A stretch of DNA of 42,109 nt from Armatimonadota bacterium (GTDB lineage: Bacteria; Armatimonadota; Zipacnadia; Zipacnadales; UBA5352): the NCBI GenBank assembly GCA_034722055.1, contig JAYENL010000088.1:1-42109 (forward strand). Direction: 5' to 3'. Both the position numbers and the translations under genes were made by a program. This document shows positions 7,918 to 15,089 of the stretch, in pieces; position 1 is the stretch's first letter; each line of letters begins with the position of its first letter. The notes beneath the pieces were generated by a model, which worked only from the letters and a program-made list of their open reading frames with translations, ran no database searches and had not been told where the DNA came from.

Positions 7918-9381
7918 CTATTGATCCGCGGCGTCCTCGCCCGCACGCGCGGCGTCGATCCTGGCCTGGCGCCAGAAGGCCAGGAGACCGGCGACCGCGA
8001 GCGAGACGAGGGAGGCGGCGGCAAGCACGTTCCTCAGCTTCGGCCCGCTGGGCTTACTGGGAGGCACCGGCTCGTCGAGCACGGTGAAGGCGGGGCCGGT
8101 GCTGGCCTCGAGCACCCGAGCCGCCTCGTAGTCCGCGGTGAGTCTGGCAACGGCCTCGGTCTTCTGACTCACCTGCCGCTGCAGGCGCTCGTATCGAGCC
8201 GACCTGGAAGGCAACTGTCTGAGCTCTCCCAGCGCTGCCTGCTTCTGGCTGCGGACGGTCTCAATCTTCGCCTCTATCTCCGAGACCTGCAGACGACTCG
8301 CCACAGCGTCGCTCGCCAGCTCGCCATAGCCGGGATCCATGGTCAGCGTCTTGCTCTGAGTCTGCATCTCGGCTGTGAGCTGCTCGGCCAGTTGAGCCTC
8401 CGCCTTGTCGAGCTGAGATCGCAGGGAGGCCACGTCAGGATGCTTCTCGGACTTGCCCCGCACCTCGGTCTGCTCGGCGATCTGCTGCTGCAGGGTGACT
8501 ATGCGCTGACGGAGGTGGTCTATCTGCGGATTGCGCTGCTCGGTAACGCTGGAGACGACCATGCGGTCCTGGCTCCTGAGGCGGCTCAAGGCCGTCTCCT
8601 CACGCTCCCGCGCGCCATCCAGCTCGATCTGTAGCTCAGTTTCGCGTTTGCGCCACTCGTTCAGATTGCCAACTGCGGCCTGTTGGTGAGCGGAGGGGCT
8701 CACGAACAGCTCGCTGGTGGCGTACTCCAGCAGCTCATCCTCCGCCTCTCGCAGCTCCTTCCGTGCTCGCTGGAGCTGCTCCTCAAGCAAGCGGCGGCGC
8801 CGGGCGGCCTCCGTGTAGTCCTTCTCGCGAAGCAGCTCATCCAGGCTGTCGATCATGGCTTGCGCGATGGCGGCTGCGAGCTCTGGGGCCTCCTCCGCCT
8901 CCGGGTCCGTGTACGCCTTCGGCCTGCCAGGCCACTGAGCCCGCAGCACAAGTGTCCCCTCAACCGGAAGGTCGATGCGGTACTGCTCTGCGAGCCTGTT
9001 GATAGCCTCAGCTCGGCTCTCGACCTCGAACTTCTGCACCAGGTTCAGCTCATCCACGACCTCCCCGCGGATCCTGCGGCTCTCAAGCATCACGCGCAAC
9101 AGATCGCCTCTGGAAGTCGAGCGTGCCAGGGCTACCTCCGGCAACTGCCCCGCCCAGGACGGAATACCTATGCCTGTGTGCTCGAAGATGATGGAGGCCG
9201 TGGCGACCCACGTGTTGGGGACAAGAAGCACAGTGACGAGACCAACCGCCAGCGTCGCGGCCAAAGCGAATGAAGCGATGAGCACCCACTGCTTCTTGAG
9301 GGTACCGACGATCTCTGCGAGTGAAATGGACTCCATGATCCACGGTCCCAGCGCCGACGGGCGCTCATCTGATACGGGCAT
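7918..9381 (-). CDS. Polysaccharide co-polymerase / chain-length determinant (Wzc/GumC-like, no tyrosine-kinase domain)
   Basis: N-terminal TM helix followed by P-x-x-W-x-A-T-A-S-I, a long coiled coil containing KHPDV, and the Pro-rich VLDEPVPPSKPSGPK before the C-terminal TM helix. The start may be 9336. Confidence 0.88.
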   Translation of the reverse strand: MPVSDERPSALGPWIMESISLAEIVGTLKKQWVLIASFALAATLAVGLVTVLLVPNTWVATASIIFEHTGIGIPSWAGQLPEVALARSTSRGDLLRVMLESRRIRGEVVDELNLVQKFEVESRAEAINRLAEQYRIDLPVEGTLVLRAQWPGRPKAYTDPEAEEAPELAAAIAQAMIDSLDELLREKDYTEAARRRRLLEEQLQRARKELREAEDELLEYATSELFVSPSAHQQAAVGNLNEWRKRETELQIELDGAREREETALSRLRSQDRMVVSSVTEQRNPQIDHLRQRIVTLQQQIAEQTEVRGKSEKHPDVASLRSQLDKAEAQLAEQLTAEMQTQSKTLTMDPGYGELASDAVASRLQVSEIEAKIETVRSQKQAALGELRQLPSRSARYERLQRQVSQKTEAVARLTADYEAARVLEASTGPAFTVLDEPVPPSKPSGPKLRNVLAAASLVSLAVAGLLAFWRQARIDAARAGEDAADQ

Positions 9382-9500
9382 ACGAAGATGACGATCTCAA
9401 GCACGCCGCTGTGCCTGACATCGCAGCGTTGGACGACCTATGTTCGCGGCGCGTGGTGCTGGACCTTCCAGCCACGCTCTACGCCCACGCGACGGGTCAC

Positions 9501-9529
9501 ATTATACACCATACGGGAGTTGGTGTCTC
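9501..9529 (-). promoter_or_regulatory. Putative sigma70 promoter for the wzc/wza-like pair
   Basis: Perfect TATAAT on the minus strand (9506-9501), a 17-nt spacer, and GAGACA (9529-9524; 4/6 to TTGACA). Lies about 120 nt upstream of the 9381 start in a GC-rich background. Confidence 0.55.
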
Positions 9530-9711
9530 CATGCAGCGGATGTGCACGAGCGCACGCTCAAGCTGCGGCTTCAGGGGCCGGGCTGCCAGCGGTCGGCGCC
9601 GGCGGCCGCAGCACGCAATTGGGCGGCTGTAGTGTCGAAGGACCGCGCTGCGGCCCGAATCTGGCCGCTGTGGGCTATGACTGTCGAAGTCGCGTTGAAG
9701 GGACGGCTGCG

Positions 9712-9899
9712 ATGCGCGGCGAAGAGGCTGGCGAACTGACGAGATACGCGGTCTGCTGGCGGCCGCCGACGCGCTGGGGGATGAGCATCCGGAACTGGTG
9801 CGCCGCTGCATGGAGGGGGTCATGCAGATCGCGCCCACGCTGAGCATCCCCAACAAGCAGGTCTTCTACGCCATGCAGGATGACCGGGAGCAGCAGTGA
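9712..9899 (+). pseudogene. Possible frameshifted small ORF or 3' gene remnant
   Basis: The frame ending at TGA 9897-9899 reads DEIRGLLAAADALGDEHPELVRRCMEGVMQIAPTLSIPNKQVFYAMQDDREQQ with host-like G/C-ending codons, but has no in-frame start ahead of this segment. ATG 9712 (GAAGGGA upstream) joins it if one base is restored near 9738. Confidence 0.3.
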
Positions 9900-9911
9900 G
9901 GCTGCGGGCAG

Positions 9912-10700
9912 CTACTCGGGCTGCTCACCCTCATCGCCGGACAGGCGAGCGAGGCCCGACGTAAGCGCCTGCATCACCTCGAACAGCTCCATGGGCAGCG
10001 GGAAGACGACCGTGGAGGCCTTCTCGGCCGAGATCTCCACCAGCGTCTGCAGGAAGCGCAGTTGGAGGGCCGGCGGGTGGGCGCCGATGATGTCGGCGGC
10101 CTCCGAGAGGCGCTTGGAGGCCTGGAACTCGCCCTCGGCGGCGATGATCTTGGCTCGCCGCTCGCGCTCCGCCTCCGCCTGCCGAGCGATGGCGCGGCGC
10201 ATCTCCTCAGGCAGCTCGACGTCCTTCACCTCCACCGCGGTGACCTTGATGCCCCAGGGGTCGGTGTGGTCGTCGATGATGCGCTGCAGGGTGTCGTTGA
10301 TCTTGTCTCGCTCGGCCAGAACCTCGTCGAGCTCAGACTCGCCGATGACCGAGCGCATGGTGGTCTGCGCGATCTGCGCCGTGGCGCGCATGAAGTCCTG
10401 TACCTGCACGATCGCCGCCTCCGGGTCATGCACGCGGAAGTACAGCACCGCGTTGACCCTGATGGTGACGTTGTCGCGGGTGATGACCTCCTGCTGCGGC
10501 ACGTCATAGGTGATCACCCGGAGCTCGATCTTGACCATCTGCTCGATGACCGGGATCACGTAAAAGAGGCCGGGGCCGCGGGCGCCCACCAGCCGCCCCA
10601 GTCGGAAGATCACCCCCCGCTCGTACTCCTTCACCACCTTGATGCCGCTGAGTATCACGAGCACCACAACGCCGCCCAGGCTCCACAAGAAAGTCTCCAC
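9912..10700 (-). CDS. SPFH/band-7 (stomatin/slipin) family protein
   Basis: N-terminal TM helix. Motifs [46 protein letters not shown] and [17 protein letters not shown] upstream of the GTG start. Confidence 0.95.
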   Translation of the reverse strand: METFLWSLGGVVVLVILSGIKVVKEYERGVIFRLGRLVGARGPGLFYVIPVIEQMVKIELRVITYDVPQQEVITRDNVTIRVNAVLYFRVHDPEAAIVQVQDFMRATAQIAQTTMRSVIGESELDEVLAERDKINDTLQRIIDDHTDPWGIKVTAVEVKDVELPEEMRRAIARQAEAERERRAKIIAAEGEFQASKRLSEAADIIGAHPPALQLRFLQTLVEISAEKASTVVFPLPMELFEVMQALTSGLARLSGDEGEQPE

Positions 10701-10800
10701 TGCAGGTCACTCCCTCCGCAGGCCTCTGGATGGGCCGCCGGTCGAGTCACTGCCGAACAGCGCGGCTCGTCAACTGGTCCCCCCTGTTGCTGATCTCATC

Positions 10801-10930
10801 TGGCGTCGTCTGTCGTTACCTGCCGTTGTCTGCTGTTATCTGCCGTTGTCTGCCGTTGTCTGCTGTTATCTGCCGTTATCTGCCGTTATCTGCTGTTATC
10901 TGCCGTTATCTGGCGTTCCCTGCTGTTCCC
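10801..10930. repeat. Tandem array of 13 x 10-bp units (consensus TGCYGTTRTC) with a 30-bp higher-order period
   Basis: Nine clean units at 10821-10910 with degenerate units on both sides. The TGCTG variant recurs at 10831, 10861, 10891 and 10921. Confidence 0.95.
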
Positions 10931-12234
10931 CTGACCTTGAGGCGCATGTGCTCAAGCTCCTCAACCACCACCACCTCCTGGCCCTCCTCCAGTGGGGGCT
11001 GATCGGTGGTGGCCGCCCACAGGGCGCCATCCACGTGCACGGTTCCGTCGGGATCGAGGCGCCGCCGGACCTCGGCGGTCTTCCCGGTCAGGGCGCCGCT
11101 GCCGATGGCCACCGGTCGCCGCTGTCCGTGGACGATGGCGCCCAGCGCGAAGAGGAAGAAGGCCGCGGTCCCCACAGCCACGCCGGCGATGAGCGGTCGG
11201 GAGACAGGGGGTGCCGGCGACTGAACCAGAATCAGCGAGCCGACCACCAGCGCGACCACTCCCCCCGTTCCGAGGATGCCGTAGGTGGGCGTGTACAGCT
11301 CCGCCACCAGCAGGGCTATGCCCGCCAGGATCAGCGCCAGCCCCGCCCAGTTGACGGGCAACACCGACAGGCCGTAGAGCCCCAGGATCAGGCAGATGAT
11401 CCCGACCACGCCGGCGCCGCCCATCCCCGGGGCCTTCAGCTCGAAGATGATCCCGTAGAAGCCGATGACCAGCAGCAGGTAGGCCACGTTGGGATTGGCG
11501 ACGACGCTGAGCAGCCGCTCCCGCCAGCTCACGTCCAGCGTCTCGATGGTCGCGCCGGCGGTGCTGAGCGTCACCTGTCCGGTCGCCAGCGCCACCTCTC
11601 GCCCATCGGCCTTCTCGGCGAACTCCTCGTCCGTGGCGGCCACGAAGTCCGCCACGTTCAGCTCGACGGCCTCAGTGGCGGTGGCCGTCTCGCTCTCGCG
11701 GACGGCCCGCTCCGCCCATTCGGCGTTCCTGCCGCGCCTCTCGGCAAGGCCCTTGATGTAGGCCACCGCGTCATTGACGGCCTTGTCCTCCAGCGTCTTA
11801 AGCTGCTCGCTGCTCTGGTCGCCGGGCTGACCCGGCACACCCCCGAACAGCACCGGATGCGCGGCCCCCAGGTGGGTGGAGGGCGCCATGCCGCTGACGT
11901 GTGCCGCGTAGGCGATGAAGGTGCCGGCGGAGGCGGCCCGCGCCCCCTCGGGGCCCACCCACACGCCCACCGGCACCGGGGAGTGGAGCATGTCGCCGGT
12001 GATCTGTCGGGTTGAGGTGAGCTGGCCCCCGGGGGTATCCAGTTGGACCAGCAGCAGACTGGCGTTGCGCTCGCGTGCCACCTGCAGGCCGCGAGAGATG
12101 TAGCTGACGGTGGCAGGGTTGATGTCGCCGTCTATAGAGAGCTTGATGATCAGTGGCTGCGCCTGTGCTGCCCCACACAGCAGGCAGGCCACGAGTATGC
12201 TCACGATTATGATCCTCCGACCCGCTGTCACCAT
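10906..12234 (-). CDS. nfeD: NfeD-family membrane-bound serine protease (ClpP-class, stomatin operon partner)
   Basis: LDTPGG, RAASAG (catalytic Ser), MAPSTHLGAAHP, K-x-x-ND and GRNAEWAE motifs, a multi-TM domain and a C-terminal OB-fold (G-x-V-x-V-D-G-x-x-W-x-A). Lies upstream of the stomatin gene. The start may be 12288. Confidence 0.93.
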   Translation of the reverse strand: MVTAGRRIIIVSILVACLLCGAAQAQPLIIKLSIDGDINPATVSYISRGLQVARERNASLLLVQLDTPGGQLTSTRQITGDMLHSPVPVGVWVGPEGARAASAGTFIAYAAHVSGMAPSTHLGAAHPVLFGGVPGQPGDQSSEQLKTLEDKAVNDAVAYIKGLAERRGRNAEWAERAVRESETATATEAVELNVADFVAATDEEFAEKADGREVALATGQVTLSTAGATIETLDVSWRERLLSVVANPNVAYLLLVIGFYGIIFELKAPGMGGAGVVGIICLILGLYGLSVLPVNWAGLALILAGIALLVAELYTPTYGILGTGGVVALVVGSLILVQSPAPPVSRPLIAGVAVGTAAFFLFALGAIVHGQRRPVAIGSGALTGKTAEVRRRLDPDGTVHVDGALWAATTDQPPLEEGQEVVVVEELEHMRLKVRGTAGNAR

Positions 12235-12330
12235 GTGCGGTCTCTCCGGTAGAGGCACGATGCCCCGCCCGCGTGCCGTCGCTGACACTGGTCCGGCGAT
12301 GATCGCTGCAGGGGCGGTCCTGCTGGCGAG

Positions 12331-13977
12331 CTATTGCGCCCTCGGGGCCGCCGGGTCCTCCTTCTCAGTGAGTTCGTGGCTGGATTGGCGTCGTATCCAC
12401 CGCCGCCGGATGGCGCGGTTTGCGGCGACCAAGACCAGCCCGAGGATCAGGTAAACAGCGGCGGTCAGGAAGGGCATCGGCACCGTCTGGGTGAGGCGCT
12501 GCATGCGGGGCGTCTCGAACACGTAGTCGGGGAGATCGAAGGCGGAGGCCACGCCCGCGAAGAGCACCGGCACCGCCGAGAGCTCGCCGGCGAAGGTGGG
12601 CTCCTCCGATGCCCGTGCCCAGATCAGGCCGGGCACGGCTGAGAGCACCGCCAGGACGATCAGGAGCAGCACCGCGATGATCTTGCGCCCGGCATCCGAG
12701 CGCGGCCAGCCCAGAAAGCCCACGCATCGAGCGCCCTCGCCGACGGCCCAGACCGCGGCGAAGACCGGAATGAAGGCCAGCAGCAGGGAGGCCCAGTGGT
12801 CGCCGAGGAGGCGACCGCCCCACAGCCACACGCCGAGCATGGTCACGACCAGGATGGCACCTGTCAGCAGCAGCGAGAACCGCGCCCCGCCGTCGAGCGA
12901 GAGCCCGAACCACCGCTCCCCCCGGCCAAAGCCGTCGAGCGGCTCGCCCCGCGCCCTGAGCTCATCCAGCCGCGTGGGCGTGCCGCCTGCGAGGAGAACG
13001 GTGGCGAACACGAGCATGTGGCCGAGGGCCGCCGCGTAGCCCATCAGAGACTCTGTCACCTGCTGGGGGTCCGGCGGCGCACACGTGCCCGCCACGCAGG
13101 CGGTCCCGGCATCCGGGCTGAGACTGCTGATGGAGCCCAGGGCCGCCAGGGCAAGCAGGGCGACCAGGATCAGGGCCGGCCATCGCACCCCCCACTGCCG
13201 CTGGCGGTGGGGGTGGCGCAGCCGCTGCTCGGCGGCCTGCACGAGCATCGTCACTGAGATGAGCCACAGCACCAGCGAGGCCGCCCAGACCGGGACGGCG
13301 GCGCCGAAAAGCGGCGCCGCTGCCTCCCGCCGCAGCATGATCACCGCCTGCAGAGGGCTGATGGCGCCGATGGCGGGAGCGGCCTGGGAGGCCGCGCCGA
13401 AGACCGCCAACACGCCCAGGCCCAGGGCGGCCGCGATGGGCACCGAGGCCGCGGTGCGGCGGACCAGCGTGGAGCAGTAGAGTCCCAGGCTGGTGGCGAA
13501 GGCCGCGCCCGCGAAGAGCACCACGAATGACCAGACCGCCGCCGGCAGGGGGATGCCGCCGAGGAGGAAGCAGGCGGCCGCCACCGGGACGGACACCGTC
13601 AGGATGGCCAGGCTAATCACGATGGCGGCCAGGAGCTTGCTGTGGACTACCTGCCGGGCGGTGATGGGCGAGCTGCGCAGGATGTCCCAGGTGTTCCCGT
13701 TCTGCTCGCCGGTGACCAGGGAGGCCGCGAAGGTGGGGATGATGATGGTCATCGCCGCCGCCTGGCCGATCATGACGGCCCAGAAGGCCAACGAGCCGAC
13801 GCGCCAGGCCGGCGAGCTGATGACGGCAGTGCCCAGGCCCGCAGCGGCGGCGCCCACGCACAGCATGACCAGGTAGGCGTTCTCGACGCCCAGCCCGGCC
13901 ACGCCCCGCAGGACCTGCCGCAGCTCTTTCCTGTACAGCGCCCCCGTGGCAAGCCGCACTGTCATCCCACCTGTCAC
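12331..13977 (-). CDS. ABC-2-type transporter permease, extended multi-TM form
   Basis: KELRQ-x-LR N-terminus and the I-I-P-x-x-A-A-x-x-V-T-G-E-x-x-x-x-T-W-D-I-L-x-x-S-P...SKL motif, with many TM helices. Adjacent to an ABC ATPase. Confidence 0.82.
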   Translation of the reverse strand: MTGGMTVRLATGALYRKELRQVLRGVAGLGVENAYLVMLCVGAAAAGLGTAVISSPAWRVGSLAFWAVMIGQAAAMTIIIPTFAASLVTGEQNGNTWDILRSSPITARQVVHSKLLAAIVISLAILTVSVPVAAACFLLGGIPLPAAVWSFVVLFAGAAFATSLGLYCSTLVRRTAASVPIAAALGLGVLAVFGAASQAAPAIGAISPLQAVIMLRREAAAPLFGAAVPVWAASLVLWLISVTMLVQAAEQRLRHPHRQRQWGVRWPALILVALLALAALGSISSLSPDAGTACVAGTCAPPDPQQVTESLMGYAAALGHMLVFATVLLAGGTPTRLDELRARGEPLDGFGRGERWFGLSLDGGARFSLLLTGAILVVTMLGVWLWGGRLLGDHWASLLLAFIPVFAAVWAVGEGARCVGFLGWPRSDAGRKIIAVLLLIVLAVLSAVPGLIWARASEEPTFAGELSAVPVLFAGVASAFDLPDYVFETPRMQRLTQTVPMPFLTAAVYLILGLVLVAANRAIRRRWIRRQSSHELTEKEDPAAPRAQ

Positions 13978-13982
13978 CGTCT

Positions 13983-13998
13983 CCTGGCACGTGCCAGG
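13983..13998. promoter_or_regulatory. Perfect 16-bp palindrome CCTGGCACGTGCCAGG overlapping the permease ribosome-binding site
   Basis: Read directly from the sequence. On the minus strand it overlaps AGGAG just upstream of GTG 13977. Confidence 0.4.
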
Positions 13999-14159
13999 TC
14001 GAGTCTGGCGACTTTAGTGTTGCGTCGCGGAAGCTCGCCCATTATCCCGAGTCATGAGAACACGCCCGCTCGCTCCAGGCGAAGGCTGCACATTGTCGAG
14101 ACGACGACAAAGGCCGAGTGCGCTCTTGGCTGACACTGCACTACTTCCGCAAGTGACGT

Positions 14160-15089
14160 CTACGTCACCTCGCCGCGCGTCAGGCGCAGGAACAGCTCCT
14201 CGAGATCCGTTCGCCGCTCGTTGACGCCGCCGATGCGCAGCCCCTGATCATGCAGCCGGGCCAGGAGGTCGGCGACGGCCTCCGGATCATCGGCCACATT
14301 GATCTCCACCCGGTCCAGCGCGGTCTCGACGGCGCTGACGGCGTCCATGTCCTCCACCAGAGTCGGGACTCGCTCGGCCTGGCCATCCAGGATGTGGATG
14401 TCCAGGAGGCGCCGGCTGCCCATCTCCGCCGCGATCTCGTCCACCGTGCCGGCGGCCACCAGCTCGCCCTTCTCCATGATGCAGAGGCTGTCGCAGATGT
14501 CCGCCAGCTCAGGGAGGATATGCGAGGAGACGAGGATGGTCTTCCCGGCGTCCCCGAGCTGGCGGATCACGGTTCGGATCTCGTACCGGCCTCGCGGGTC
14601 CACCCCCGAGGCGGGCTCGTCGAGCACCAGGACATCCGGCTGGTGAATCAGCGCCCTGGCGAGGCAGAGCCGCTGCTTCATGCCCCGACTGAGGCCGCCG
14701 ATCTCCGCCTCGCGCTTCGTCTCCAGCCTGGTCAGCTCCAGCACCTCATCCGCCCGGTCCTCCAGCCTCGCCCCGCACAGGTCGTTGAGCTGGCCGAACA
14801 GCTCCAGGTACTCCCACACCAGCAGGTGGTCGTAGACCCCGAAGAAGTCGGGCATGTAGCCGGTGATGCGGCGGGCAGCCAGCGGCTCCTTCTGCACGTC
14901 GATCCCCTTGACGGTGCACCGGCCCTCATCGGGGACAAGCAGGCCCATGATGGCCCGCATCATGGAGGTCTTGCCGGCACCGTTGGGCCCCACCAGCCCC
15001 AGGACGCTGCCCGCCGGGACCTGCATGTCCACTGACCGGACCGCCACCAGATCGCCGTAGCTGATCGTCAGGTCGCTGACGCTGATCAC
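14160..15089 (-). CDS. ABC transporter ATP-binding protein
   Basis: Walker A GPNGAGKT, signature LSRGM, Walker B VLVLDEP, H-loop SSH and C-terminal LEELFL. GTG 15089 overlaps the upstream stop (GTGA); the longer start in the ORF track is unlikely. Confidence 0.93.
   Translation of the reverse strand: MISVSDLTISYGDLVAVRSVDMQVPAGSVLGLVGPNGAGKTSMMRAIMGLLVPDEGRCTVKGIDVQKEPLAARRITGYMPDFFGVYDHLLVWEYLELFGQLNDLCGARLEDRADEVLELTRLETKREAEIGGLSRGMKQRLCLARALIHQPDVLVLDEPASGVDPRGRYEIRTVIRQLGDAGKTILVSSHILPELADICDSLCIMEKGELVAAGTVDEIAAEMGSRRLLDIHILDGQAERVPTLVEDMDAVSAVETALDRVEINVADDPEAVADLLARLHDQGLRIGGVNERRTDLEELFLRLTRGEVT

Noticed and set aside
10801..10930. CRISPR array
   Set aside because: Contiguous 10-bp units with no unique spacers, and no cas genes.
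10639..12015. 458-aa + strand ORF with YLPLSAVxCC repeats
   Set aside because: Antisense shadow of nfeD; the peptide repeats are just the 30-bp DNA period.
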